A DNA stretch of 64,000 bases. It comes from Halieaceae bacterium. Lineage in GTDB: Bacteria > Pseudomonadota > Gammaproteobacteria > Pseudomonadales > Halieaceae. This document shows positions 1 through 9,065 of this stretch, piece after piece. The translations under genes were made by a program, and so were the position numbers. Each line of letters begins with the position of its first letter. Position 1 is the stretch's first letter. Below the pieces are notes generated by a model that worked only from the letters and a program-made list of their open reading frames with translations, was not told the DNA's origin and searched no databases. The stretch is taken from contig CBDDJJ010000001.1 in assembly GCA_965229625.1 (NCBI GenBank), positions 1,546,417 to 1,610,416 on the forward strand. Reading direction: 5' to 3'.

Positions 1-2524
1 AATCGATGCCCGGGTACTCGCGGCTCATGTTCGAGCTCAGCAGGTAGTCTCGTAGCTGCGAATTCACGGTGGACACATCGGTGAGCCCACGGTCGATTTC
101 CGCGTATACCGTAATGGTTCTCAGCCCGTTGAAGTGCTTGATAAATGCCTCGCCGGGCCGCAGCTGGAAGCTGGCTACCGAGTCCAGGGCCACCGGTAAA
201 CCCCCATCGTTCACGATAAACATGCCCTCCAGCGTTGCCAGGGCCTTTTGGCGCGGATAGGGAAGCGCGAGCCGATAATAGGTGCGCTCCTCCGCCAATT
301 GCTGCTCGGCAATGATCAGGCCATCGAGCGCCACACGCACCGCGTCCGCCACCTGCCTGACACTTAACTGGTAGGCGGCAAGGTTATGGTAGTTGAATTC
401 AAGGTCCAGGATGTCCTTACCCGACGTGTGACTGTCCCAAACGGAGGTGACACCCTCCAGGCCTTCGAGGTACTCCTTGACCCTGGCCGCCGCTGCCCGC
501 TTGTGATCCCCTGCCGCAAGGATTTCCAGTTGAACAGGCTTGCCCAGAATGGGCGTATCTTTGAGCGGCTCGACGCTGATTGACTCGATGCCTTCTTGCT
601 TGCTGGCCAGGGCCCTGAGGTTTCTGAGCGTCGTCTGCGGCTTCTGCTCCAGTTGCCCCAGGGGCTTCAGGAATACCGTGAGCAGCGCCCAGGCCTGGTT
701 CCTGCCCTCCGACACGCCATAGACATCGGTGTCATGGTGGCCCACCTGAATCGTTGTATGCAGCAGGTCGCCGGCGGGCACTTCACGGCGCATCGCGGCC
801 TCAAGTTGGCGCATGCGCTCGACGGTCTCATCAAACGGTGTGCCATTGTCCAGCTCGACCTTGACCAGGATGGTGTCCAGTGCAGTCTCCGGATAGAGCT
901 GAAAGCGAATGAAAGACAGGGCGACCAAGGACACGCTGACGAAAACCACGACGAACGCAAGGCAGGATTTCAGCCGGTGCTGGAGCATGCGTGCAAGGAT
1001 GCGCCGATACGATGCCTGGGCCGCCAGCAACCAGTTCCGCTGGCGGGTGGTGTACGGACTGTGTGCGAGATGTGCCGGCAGGAGAAACTTGCTCTCGAAC
1101 AGCGATATCAGCAGCATCAGCGACACCACCGTGGGTATCACACGAACAAAATCACCCTCGAGTCCACCCAGGGTAAACAGCGGCAGGAAGGCAACGATTG
1201 TCGTGAGAACGCTGACCGTGACAGGCGCTGCCACATCACGGGTGCCCTGTATCGCCGCCTCAACGTAAGACAAGCCCGATTCGCGCCTCGCCTGTATGCT
1301 CTCAGCGGTAACAATGGCATCGTCCACCAGCATACCCAGCACCAGTATCATGGAAATCAGCGTCATGCCGTTGACAGACAGACCGGTGAACATCAGCGCA
1401 AAAAAGGTACCCAGTATGGAGAAAGGCAGGCCGATACTGACCCAGAACGCCATGCGCCGCCCGAGGAAAACCCACAGCACGAAGAACACGGAGATAAACC
1501 CCATCCATGCATTGGTCACCAGCGTGTTCAACATGTCCCGGGTAAAGCGCGAGACGTCGTTTACCAGATACATGGCCACGCCTTCGGGCAGTTGGGGCGT
1601 TTCTGCCGCAATCAACTCACGCAGCCGGTCCAGCGTCTTCAACTCATCCGCATTCGCGTTCTTCTTGATGTGAAGGGCAATGCTCAACTGTCCGTTGGTG
1701 CGGTTTTGCACCTGCCAATCCTCGTAGCCCGGCATCACGCGCGCCACGTCCCGCAATAACACCGCGTTTCCAGGCTCGCGGCTGCGCAGGATGACATCGC
1801 CGACGTCAAGCGGATCATCAAACAGGCCCACCGTGAGGATTTCCTTCTCACCACTCATGGAGCGCACCGAACCGCCGCTGTCGCGGACGTTACGCAGCCG
1901 TATCGCCTCTGAAATTTCGTCCAGCGTTATGCCAAGTTGCTGGAGTTTTCGCTGGTCAAGCTGGATCTTGACCTCCGGGCGGCGATAGCCCACTTTGTCG
2001 ATGCCGGAGACGCCGGGCACGCTGCGCAGCTTCTGCTGCCACTGGCGGGCCAGCACCCTGAGTACTTCTTCGCTGACGGCACCGACAATGTGCAGCTCGG
2101 CGACCGGAAGCTGATCAGAACCCAGCTCCTCCACCAGGGGTTTCTCGATCAAATCGTCCGGTAGCCGACTCTGCGCGCGGTCGACCGCCTTCTGGATATC
2201 AGCGAGCACTTTGGCGCGGTTGGGAAAGTCCGGATCGAGGTTGAGCGTGATAAGCGACAAGCCCTCCATGCTCTGGGAAACAATCTTCCGAACGCCGTCC
2301 ACTTTCAGAAGCTCTTCCTCCAGCACCAGGCTGACACCGAGTTCGATCTCCTCGGGACCAGAGCCCGCCTTCATCGTGGTCACGTTGACCACACCCATAT
2401 CCATGGTGGGCATCACCTCGTAGCGAAGGGCACCGAGGCTGGCCAGGCCCAGCAGAACAACCAACACCAGTAGCAGGGTGACCAGCTTGAGCCGCTCAAT
2501 GAAGAACCGTACCAGGCGACTCAT
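1..2524 (-). CDS. RND efflux transporter permease (AcrB/CzcA-type), N-terminal ~840 aa; gene continues past the window start
   Basis: Absent from the ORF track because there is no in-window stop. My own translation of the minus strand from the ATG at 2524 reads MSRLVRFFIERLKLVTLLLVLVVLLGLASLGALRYEVMPTMDMGVVNVTT... and stays open to position 1 (...FNGLRTITVYAEIDRGLTDVSTVNSQLRDYLLSSNMSREYPGID). ATGA overlap with the stop of the upstream adaptor gene. Confidence 0.85.
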   Translation of the reverse strand, partial: MSRLVRFFIERLKLVTLLLVLVVLLGLASLGALRYEVMPTMDMGVVNVTTMKAGSGPEEIELGVSLVLEEELLKVDGVRKIVSQSMEGLSLITLNLDPDFPNRAKVLADIQKAVDRAQSRLPDDLIEKPLVEELGSDQLPVAELHIVGAVSEEVLRVLARQWQQKLRSVPGVSGIDKVGYRRPEVKIQLDQRKLQQLGITLDEISEAIRLRNVRDSGGSVRSMSGEKEILTVGLFDDPLDVGDVILRSREPGNAVLLRDVARVMPGYEDWQVQNRTNGQLSIALHIKKNANADELKTLDRLRELIAAETPQLPEGVAMYLVNDVSRFTRDMLNTLVTNAWMGFISVFFVLWVFLGRRMAFWVSIGLPFSILGTFFALMFTGLSVNGMTLISMILVLGMLVDDAIVTAESIQARRESGLSYVEAAIQGTRDVAAPVTVSVLTTIVAFLPLFTLGGLEGDFVRVIPTVVSLMLLISLFESKFLLPAHLAHSPYTTRQRNWLLAAQASYRRILARMLQHRLKSCLAFVVVFVSVSLVALSFIRFQLYPETALDTILVKVELDNGTPFDETVERMRQLEAAMRREVPAGDLLHTTIQVGHHDTDVYGVSEGRNQAWALLTVFLKPLGQLEQKPQTTLRNLRALASKQEGIESISVEPLKDTPILGKPVQLEILAAGDHKRAAAARVKEYLEGLEGVTSVWDSHTSGKDILDLEFNYHNLAAYQLSVRQVADAVRVALDGLIIAEQQLAEERTYYRLALPYPRQKALATLEGMFIVNDGGLPVALDSVASFQLRPGEAFIKHFNGLRTITVYAEIDRGLTDVSTVNSQLRDYLLSSNMSREYPGID

Positions 2525-3588
2525 GGCACACCGCTGTCGGAAATCAGCAAAAGCGATCCCTGTGTGACGTGACGCGCGCCCTCGACGATCAACTGATCGC
2601 CGGCCTCTAGTCCGTGTTCCACCACCAGCAAATCGTCTGAGGCGACGGAAACACCCACCAGCTGCCGCTCTGCGCGTTGATCCCTGGCGACGTAAACAAC
2701 ATGACGTCCGTTCCAGGCCACCAGCGCCGAGTCTGGAATGAGGAGTTGATCGAGTATGGGGGTACGGCGAAGGCTGACGCGCGCTGTCATGCCCGGCTTC
2801 AGGCGTGAGTCAGGGTTATCCAGGAGCAGCTTGATTTCGTAGTTTCCGGTGCGGCTATCCGACCCTGCGGAAATCGAGTGGATAACTGAATCGACCTGAC
2901 CGAAGACGGTCATCACCTCACCCCGGTTGCCCACATGAAGATACGGGAGCTGGCGCTCGCTGGCGAACACCGACACTTTCATGGTCTGTACAGCCTGCAA
3001 TGTCATCAGCGGCTGATAGGCCATGATGGACTGACCGGCTTCAACGTGGCGAACCCCCACGATCGCGTCCAGGGGGCTCTTCACCACCTGCTGGTCGAGG
3101 TCGCGCTCTATCAGCTTTATGCGGCTACTCAGTTCCCGCACCCGGGCTGCGGCTGACTCATGCGCGAAGCGCGCATCGTCATACCGCTGTACGGCGATGG
3201 TGTTGGCGTTCGCCAGCGCCTCGAGACGCGAGAGGTTCAGGCGCGCGTTGTCCAGTTGTACCTGCGCCTGTTCCAGCAGGTGCTTCGTTTCATCCAGAAT
3301 CAGCAAAAGCTTGCTGGTATCGAGCTCAAGTAGCGGCTGACCTTTGGCCACGTGATGGCCCTCCTCCGCCAACACCTTCACCACCGGTGCCGCGAACTCC
3401 ACGTTAACGACCACCTCCTCTGCCGACTCCAGGACGCCGTACAGGCGCACATCGGTCTCAAGCGTACGCGGCGTTACTGTCGCCACCTCGACCGGAATGG
3501 CTTCCTGGCCCTGGTACAGGTCCTCGGCGGGGTCAGCGCCACAGCCCACCAGCGCGAAACTCACAAGTAGCATCCACCTGGAATTCAC
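2521..3588 (-). CDS. Efflux RND periplasmic adaptor (membrane fusion protein, HlyD family), lipoprotein-type signal
   Basis: 355-aa ORF. N-terminus has a lipobox-like LVGCG. Coiled-coil-rich middle (LEQAQVQLDNARLNLSRLEAL) and a beta-barrel C-terminus typical of MFPs. GTGA overlap with the TetR stop and ATGA overlap with the RND start. Confidence 0.85.
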   Translation of the reverse strand: MNSRWMLLVSFALVGCGADPAEDLYQGQEAIPVEVATVTPRTLETDVRLYGVLESAEEVVVNVEFAAPVVKVLAEEGHHVAKGQPLLELDTSKLLLILDETKHLLEQAQVQLDNARLNLSRLEALANANTIAVQRYDDARFAHESAAARVRELSSRIKLIERDLDQQVVKSPLDAIVGVRHVEAGQSIMAYQPLMTLQAVQTMKVSVFASERQLPYLHVGNRGEVMTVFGQVDSVIHSISAGSDSRTGNYEIKLLLDNPDSRLKPGMTARVSLRRTPILDQLLIPDSALVAWNGRHVVYVARDQRAERQLVGVSVASDDLLVVEHGLEAGDQLIVEGARHVTQGSLLLISDSGVP

Positions 3589-4205
3589 TGTGCTAGCTCC
3601 TCCGATAGCGAGTTGACCAGCGAGCCCTTGAAGAACTCCCAGCCCTTGCGGCAGGCAGACTCGTCATCGAGCAGAAACCAGTGGAATACCGCACCGCAGA
3701 AGTAGGCATCGACAATCTGTACCGCGGTTTCGATCTGTTGCGGGGAGCTACCTGGAAAAAAATACGTAACGGCAGCCGTGTACTCAACGAGGCTGCCTTG
3801 AATAAGGCGCTGGATCTCATTCTTCACATCACTATCTACCAACGCCTGGGCCACAAACGCGTAAAGCGCCTTCATTTCCGTCGGGTGGCCAGCGAGCCTC
3901 TCAAAGAACGCATCGCCAATCGCTGACAGGTAGGCCTCAAGGTCCTCGTAATCCTGGGGCTGGTCAGGACTGATGAAGGGTTCGAGCAGCGAGGACAGTA
4001 CCGCACGCCTGACCTCGTGAAGGCTGGAAAAATGGTGATAGAGCGCCCCTTTGCTAATACCCGCCTGCTGACTCAGCTTCCCCACCGTCAGCGCACTGAA
4101 TCCCTCCGCGCCGAGCACTTCGACAGAGACTGCGATGATCTTCGCCCGCATTCGCCGGGAGGCAAGCACATTCTTGTTGGGCGCTGTCTGGGCACGACTT
4201 TCCAT
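3585..4205 (-). CDS. TetR/AcrR family transcriptional regulator (first gene of the efflux operon)
   Basis: HTH segment FSALTVGKLSQQAGISKGALYHHFSS. The ORF track extends to 4271, but the ATG at 4205 (MESRAQ...) gives a typical ~206-aa TetR. Start is uncertain. Confidence 0.8.
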   Translation of the reverse strand: MESRAQTAPNKNVLASRRMRAKIIAVSVEVLGAEGFSALTVGKLSQQAGISKGALYHHFSSLHEVRRAVLSSLLEPFISPDQPQDYEDLEAYLSAIGDAFFERLAGHPTEMKALYAFVAQALVDSDVKNEIQRLIQGSLVEYTAAVTYFFPGSSPQQIETAVQIVDAYFCGAVFHWFLLDDESACRKGWEFFKGSLVNSLSEELAQ

Positions 4206-4494
4206 AGCGTGAAGGTCTCTGGAACCGGAACGGGATGCGATAGTACATTTTACCGACCGATCGTTCAACAAAATTATCGGCGGTCGCTGCGACCTGCTTG
4301 CGATAGACAGCTACCTGCGCAACGCTGCGCTTTTGCGGACAGCTGGCACGCCCCATCAGGGCCAGGAACACCCTCACCCACCCGCCCGGACTGATCCCGC
4401 GCGAGCTCAACGACCTGCGTCTCAGTGTCGATAAACACCGGAGAGCGCGCATTTTCGGCTAGTCTTGGTACAAGAGTGGTCACTGGCTCATGCT

Positions 4495-5142
4495 ATGAAA
4501 GGGCTTGTCCCGTTGATAGGCGCGGCATTGTTGCTGGCAACGCCTGGCGCTGCAGCTGATCCACCAGAGGACGTGGCGTCAGTGGAGATCCTGGGCGTGG
4601 AGATTCGGCGCGGCATGCCCGAGGCCGAGGTTCGCGCCTACCTGCCGCTGGTCAATTGCGACACGTCGCCACCGGACGTGGAGCCACCCCTGACCTACTG
4701 CGGCATCTCGGACGGTGTTCCACCAGAGCAGGATGGGGAAATCTATTTCGAATCCGGCCTCGTTCGTTCTGCCACTCGCAACTGGTTTGTTCCTATCGAT
4801 GCCTCACCGGCACAAACCCTGGCATTCCTGCACCAGCACCTGACCCGGCTGACCGGGCCGGACACCGCCACCTGCGCCAAGATAGAAACCCATGGGGAAC
4901 CAGGTAAGGCCTATACATTGTATGCCTTCCCTGCCAAGGTGCTTGTCGTTCGCGAGTACCGGGCAGGAGAACAGCGCCAGGTAGTGCTAAGGGAAAAGCT
5001 GCGCGTTAATCCGGTACCTCGCAGCTATGCAACCCGAGGGCGGAAACGGCAGGGCACCGAATGGTGCGCTTACCTGGATCCCCACCCGGAGAAGGTGGAA
5101 GCAGAGAATCGCGCGACGCAGGAACGCAAGGCACCCGGCTGA
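4495..5142 (+). CDS. Hypothetical secreted protein
   Basis: Internal ATG of ORF 4465..5142 gives MKGLVPLIGAALLLATPGAAADP, a signal-peptide-like N-terminus. No family recognised. Confidence 0.5.
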   Translation: MKGLVPLIGAALLLATPGAAADPPEDVASVEILGVEIRRGMPEAEVRAYLPLVNCDTSPPDVEPPLTYCGISDGVPPEQDGEIYFESGLVRSATRNWFVPIDASPAQTLAFLHQHLTRLTGPDTATCAKIETHGEPGKAYTLYAFPAKVLVVREYRAGEQRQVVLREKLRVNPVPRSYATRGRKRQGTEWCAYLDPHPEKVEAENRATQERKAPG

Positions 5143-5236
5143 TCCTGCCTGGATTCAGAAAACGCGGCTAACGCGCTATAGCGCCCAGGTCTTTTCCAAG
5201 CTATGTTCAGTAGCTTGACCGGATAGGGAAGAAACC

Positions 5237-5611
5237 TTGAAACCAAGTGAAGTCGTTCAAACCTGGGTAGAGAAATTCAACACGGCCGATATCGATGGCC
5301 TGTGCGCACTCTATGACGAACAGGCAACCAACCATCAGATCGTGACGGAGCCGCTGGTGGGGCTAGATGAAATCCGCCGGATGTTTGAAATCGAATTCGG
5401 CCGGGCCACCATGGTCTGCAATATCGAACAGATTCACGAGGCAGGCGATTGGGCGATCCTTGAGTGGAGTGACCCACTCGGTCTACGAGGCTGCGGCTTT
5501 TTTCACATTCGTGACGACAAGATCATTTTCCAGCGCGGCTATTTTGATCAGCTATCCTTTTTCAGGGCGCAGGGACTGCCTGTCCCCGACGAATATCTCA
5601 GCACAGGCTAA
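5237..5611 (+). CDS. SnoaL-like / NTF2-fold protein
   Basis: 124 aa with a TTG start. VVQTWVEKFNTADIDGLCALYDEQATNH... is typical of the SnoaL_2/NTF2-like fold. Confidence 0.6.
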   Translation: MKPSEVVQTWVEKFNTADIDGLCALYDEQATNHQIVTEPLVGLDEIRRMFEIEFGRATMVCNIEQIHEAGDWAILEWSDPLGLRGCGFFHIRDDKIIFQRGYFDQLSFFRAQGLPVPDEYLSTG

Positions 5612-5626
5612 GCTGTACAACGAAGT

Positions 5627-5650
5627 GCCTGCCGGTAGCAGGCTTGTACT
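5627..5650 (+). terminator. Weak hairpin downstream of the SnoaL-like gene
   Basis: GCCTGC-cggta-GCAGGC followed by TTGT. Short stem and poor U-tract. Confidence 0.3.
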
Positions 5651-5688
5651 ACCACAACAATCAATCAGCTATCCAAAGGAGCTAGATA

Positions 5689-5847
5689 GTGAATAAAGTG
5701 GTTTTGGTTATACTCGCGATTTTCCTGCCGCCCGTAGCGGTATTCCTGAAAAGCGGTGTCGGCAAAGACCTGGCCATCAACATCCTGCTGTGCCTGCTGA
5801 TGTGGGTGCCGGGGATTCTTCACGCGCTCTGGCTGATCCTGAAGTAA
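5689..5847 (+). CDS. YqaE/Pmp3 family small membrane proteolipid (52 aa)
   Basis: Below the ORF-track size cutoff. My own translation is VNKVVLVILAIFLPPVAVFLKSGVGKDLAINILLCLLMWVPGILHALWLILK*. AAAGGA lies 8 nt upstream of the GTG. Two-TM UPF0057-type sequence. Confidence 0.75.
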   Translation: MNKVVLVILAIFLPPVAVFLKSGVGKDLAINILLCLLMWVPGILHALWLILK

Positions 5848-5991
5848 GCCACCACCCGGGCAGGAGCCCGGTCCCGGATCAGTTTTCCTGCGCCAACGGT
5901 GGTCGGTGCGAGGTGCGCGGGGTTGCCAAGCTGGCGTTATGGCGGAAGCTCGGCGGACGCCCTTGGCGCCGGGCAGTCGTCAATGCACTCG

Positions 5992-6600
5992 TCAGCCCAT
6001 TGGGCCGTCGATCTCATCAGCGCGCCGATAGGCGTCCCGGTCAGTAACGTGGCGCGCGTAAGCCTCGAAGGCGTCGCGCTTTTCAATCACGCCGGTTTGC
6101 AGGCCCCAACTGATCTGGGAGCCGACATAGACATCTGCCGCACTGAACGCTTCACCTGCGATATAGGCGCTGCTGGACACGGCCGACTCAAGCGCATCGA
6201 GGGTGTTGGCCAACGTGCCATAACCCGCTGTCACTTCGCGCTCTTCGGGAACGACAAAGCCCAGGGCTTTGTTCACAACCGCCGATTCCAATGGCCCCGC
6301 TGCGAAGAAGAGCCAGCGGTAATAGTCAGCGCGATCCGCTACCGGCGGCGCGAGCCCGGCCTCGGGAAACGCATCCGCCAAATAGGCGCAAATCGCCGCG
6401 CATTCGGTCACCACCTTGTCACCGTGCCGGATTGCCGGCACTTTACCCATCGGGTTGATGGCAAGGTACTCCGGCGACTTCATGGAGGTCCCGTATTCCA
6501 GAATTTCCGCCCGGTAAGGTGCGCCGACTTCTTCAAGCATCCAACGCGCCATGCGCCCGCGTGACATCGGATTCGTGTAGAACACCAGTTCATCTTTCAT
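5992..6600 (-). CDS. Glutathione S-transferase family protein
   Basis: 202 aa. N-terminal thioredoxin-like GST motif (INPMGKVPAIRHGDKVVTECAAICAYLAD) and a helical C-terminal domain. Confidence 0.85.
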   Translation of the reverse strand: MKDELVFYTNPMSRGRMARWMLEEVGAPYRAEILEYGTSMKSPEYLAINPMGKVPAIRHGDKVVTECAAICAYLADAFPEAGLAPPVADRADYYRWLFFAAGPLESAVVNKALGFVVPEEREVTAGYGTLANTLDALESAVSSSAYIAGEAFSAADVYVGSQISWGLQTGVIEKRDAFEAYARHVTDRDAYRRADEIDGPMG

Positions 6601-6825
6601 AGCGCTACCTCTCGAAGCGATGCCGTCAATGGACGAACGCGGCGCATCGAACGCCCGCTGTGGAGTATAGCTGGCCTTGCCAGGTCGTGAGCTTGGTGGG
6701 TAGAAACTTGCGGATCTCTATGTCCGCTGTGACCCAAAAACAGACATTCGGGAGATGAGCGAACCACTTTGCTAGCAGTCAGAATTCGCCTGAAGGCAGC
6801 CAAATGCCAGGTCACTCGTATCACT

Positions 6826-6849
6826 GTCATTCCCGCGCAGGCGGGAATC
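6826..6849. repeat. Left terminal inverted repeat / palindromic hairpin
   Basis: ATTCCCGC gcag GCGGGAAT, an 8-bp stem. Inverted copy of 7186-7209. Confidence 0.8.
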
Positions 6850-6852
6850 TAG

Positions 6853-7146
6853 TTACTGGATAATAGAATCCCAGAGATCATTCCATTCAGGATTCATCTC
6901 TTCAATCAGGCGTAACTTCCAACCTCGATTCCATTTCTTAAGCTGCTTCTCTCTAGTGATCGCAGCCTCCATAGAATCGTGAAGTTCATAGTAGACCAAC
7001 ATTCCCACGCGATACCTGCTTGCAAAGTCTTCTCCTGAGAGAGCGCGGTGTTGGTATACACGGGCGACAAGATTGCTGGTCACACCGATATACAGTGTTC
7101 CATTACGTTGGCTCGCTAGTATGTAAGTAGCTGCCCGTCTTCGCAC
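6853..7146 (-). CDS. GIY-YIG nuclease superfamily protein (small URI-domain type, COG2827-like)
   Basis: 97 aa with a GTG start. TYILASQRNGTLYIGVTSNLVARVYQHR carries the GIY/YIG-type motifs, and the protein ends ...REKQLKKWNRGWKLRLIE. Confidence 0.8.
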   Translation of the reverse strand: MRRRAATYILASQRNGTLYIGVTSNLVARVYQHRALSGEDFASRYRVGMLVYYELHDSMEAAITREKQLKKWNRGWKLRLIEEMNPEWNDLWDSIIQ

Positions 7147-7185
7147 TGCTAGCGTCCATAGGAGAAAACTCCCGCAACGCTACTG

Positions 7186-7209
7186 GATTCCCGCCTACGC
7201 GGGAATGAC
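7186..7209. repeat. Right terminal inverted repeat / palindromic hairpin
   Basis: ATTCCCGC ctac GCGGGAAT. Inverted copy of 6826-6849. Confidence 0.8.
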
Positions 7210-7262
7210 GGATAAGGGTATCTGAGCGGAAGTGGTGAAAGTCGGCAATGAGTCGATGCCGG

Positions 7263-7706
7263 CTACTGCTCATCTTCACTGCCGCCACAACCGTTGAGCG
7301 AGGAAGCGTATACCTGCCTCAGACTCCTAGTGCCCGAATCAAACTGCGTTGGAACTACCATAGCTTCTCCATCTACCTCTTGTTCTAGGCATGGGATGCC
7401 CACTTCAGAGCAGTGCTTCAAGAGCATTTTTGTCGCACAGCGATCTCCGACGGGAACATACGCCCGCTTGCTCGCGCGAGCGCTTGCTTCTTCACCGATA
7501 GCTACCATCTCCGCCCAATCCTCATTGGCGACTGAATAACCGCCCGTAGAACTCCCCTGGTAGCTTACTCCTCGCTCGATCAGCAGATGCTCGAAGACCT
7601 CATTGGTGAACGCATTGTCACTGGGTCGATACGTTCTCTGATCGGAACCACAGCCGACCATGACGCAAATCGCTACGGTGGCGAGTGCTGACCTAGATAC
7701 TGTCAC
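7263..7706 (-). CDS. Hypothetical lipoprotein
   Basis: 147 aa. N-terminus ...ATVAICVMVGCGSDQ contains a lipobox. GC content is lower than the surrounding DNA. No family recognised. Confidence 0.5.
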   Translation of the reverse strand: MTVSRSALATVAICVMVGCGSDQRTYRPSDNAFTNEVFEHLLIERGVSYQGSSTGGYSVANEDWAEMVAIGEEASARASKRAYVPVGDRCATKMLLKHCSEVGIPCLEQEVDGEAMVVPTQFDSGTRSLRQVYASSLNGCGGSEDEQ

Positions 7707-7872
7707 GTATACCGTCCCTCGCGGTCATTCATACGTCGGCTTTGAGTCGATAGTTGCTATTCACCTCGGCAGATCCTGAAGAGCAGCTTTCGGAATATAG
7801 CTGCCGTTGCGGGAACTGAGAGCAATGAAGGTCAGCGTCAGCTTTCTCATGTCGACATATAGGCGGAGGCCG

Positions 7873-9060
7873 TCACCCGCGCCACGGTGCCATCGTGTAA
7901 CGCCGGCCGTTCAGGATTTCTCCGATCCTGCCGTTTCGAACAAATAGCTGGTAGGTCAGCAGGCACGCGACTACCGTACCGGTGCAGACGACCAGGAATT
8001 TCACTTCCGCCGGTACCGCCCACCCGTGTAGAGGTAGCGCAATCATGATCATGGGAATCGAGTGGAAGATGAAAATCCAGTAGGCGCTGTCTGAGAAATA
8101 GCGCGCCCAGGGATTGTAGGCCTGGCCGTAACGGCTAAACAGTCCGACGAAGGCAAGTACGTACAAGCCGATGCAGAAGCCCGTCAGCAGGCACAGCAGC
8201 GTATGCAGTGTCAGGTAGGCCTCATCTCCCGGCATACCCTTGGAAAGGATGGTGCCAAGGGACGCGACAAACAGCACTGTGGCCAGAATCATGTAGCGCC
8301 GCCAGCGTGCCGCCAGGCGTTCCAGGTCATCGCGCCGCAGGTACAGCAACCAGCCGAGTAGGAAGCACAGGCCGAAGTAGAGGTAGACACTGAGGGATGG
8401 CACAAAGGTGAGCTTCCCGCTGATACGCCCGGACCAGTTGACCGCGCCGAGGGCAGCCAGGCTCAGGCAAAACGGAACAAAGACCCAGGCTGAGTGAATC
8501 GGCTTTGCGATGACAACGCGGCGAACTCGCTGTTGCTGAGCGTCCGACAGACGCTGCCAGATCTGCCACAGCAACCACACGCCGGCCAGGTGGCCGGTCA
8601 GGTAGTACAGGAACCACAGGTTGTGAGTGTTATCCCAGAGGATGCGAGGATTCTCGATCAGTGACGGGTCGAAGCCAAACTCGCCGGTGGCAGTGACATG
8701 AGCGGCGACGATGCGCAGTAAGGTCATCGCCAGTGCCAGCGGTGGCAGGAACATCAGAAACGGAATCACAATGCGCTGCCAGCGGTTCCAGAACATCGCG
8801 GCCGCGCCACGCCGGTCCAGTAGCAGCGCCGTGAAGAAGCCCGACAGCAGGAAGAATACCGGCATGCGGAAGGTATTGATGAAATACAGCAGCACATCCA
8901 TCGACAGAGACCGGGCAGGGTCCCAGTAATAATCGACAATCGGCATGCTCAGGTAGAGCTGGGCGGTGTGCAGCACCACGCCCAGGCTCATCATGAGGGC
9001 CCTGAGAAAATCCAGGCCATGCAGACGCTGGCCTGCAGCAGCGCTGGTACCGCCGGGCAT
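7873..9060 (-). CDS. Acyltransferase family 3 (OpgC/OafA-like) integral membrane protein
   Basis: 395 aa. LHGLDFLRALMMSLGVVLHTAQ at the N-terminus is typical of Acyl_transf_3. Roughly ten hydrophobic segments. Starts 5 nt after the M20 gene stop. Confidence 0.8.
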   Translation of the reverse strand: MPGGTSAAAGQRLHGLDFLRALMMSLGVVLHTAQLYLSMPIVDYYWDPARSLSMDVLLYFINTFRMPVFFLLSGFFTALLLDRRGAAAMFWNRWQRIVIPFLMFLPPLALAMTLLRIVAAHVTATGEFGFDPSLIENPRILWDNTHNLWFLYYLTGHLAGVWLLWQIWQRLSDAQQQRVRRVVIAKPIHSAWVFVPFCLSLAALGAVNWSGRISGKLTFVPSLSVYLYFGLCFLLGWLLYLRRDDLERLAARWRRYMILATVLFVASLGTILSKGMPGDEAYLTLHTLLCLLTGFCIGLYVLAFVGLFSRYGQAYNPWARYFSDSAYWIFIFHSIPMIMIALPLHGWAVPAEVKFLVVCTGTVVACLLTYQLFVRNGRIGEILNGRRYTMAPWRG

Positions 9061-9065
9061 TCCCG

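Larger units (their letters stand above)
6826..7209. mobile_element. Candidate miniature selfish element: GIY-YIG nuclease gene bracketed by 24-bp inverted repeats
   Basis: Left end is GTCATTCCCGCGCAGGCGGGAATC (6826-6849). Right end is GATTCCCGCCTACGCGGGAATGAC (7186-7209). The reverse complement of the left end matches the right end at 23/24 positions. Each end is itself a hairpin (ATTCCCGC-N4-GCGGGAAT). The interior is about 43% GC, against >60% in the flanks. Confidence 0.45.

Noticed and set aside
596-1759. 387-aa plus-strand ORF plus several smaller ORFs across 1..2500
   Set aside because: The minus strand here encodes a continuous RND permease with no in-window stop, which is why it is missing from the track. 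The plus-strand ORFs are antisense artefacts.
4240-4300. Imperfect inverted repeat ACCGACCGAT...ATCGGCGGT upstream of the first TetR gene as its operator
   Set aside because: It has one mismatch and a 16-nt spacing. It would lie inside the coding region if the longer TetR start (4271) is the real one. The support is insufficient.
6597-6830. 77-aa minus-strand ORF starting MTVIRV...
   Set aside because: Its start codon lies inside the left terminal repeat (GTCAT is the complement of ATGAC). The peptide has no recognisable features, so it is probably a repeat-derived artefact.
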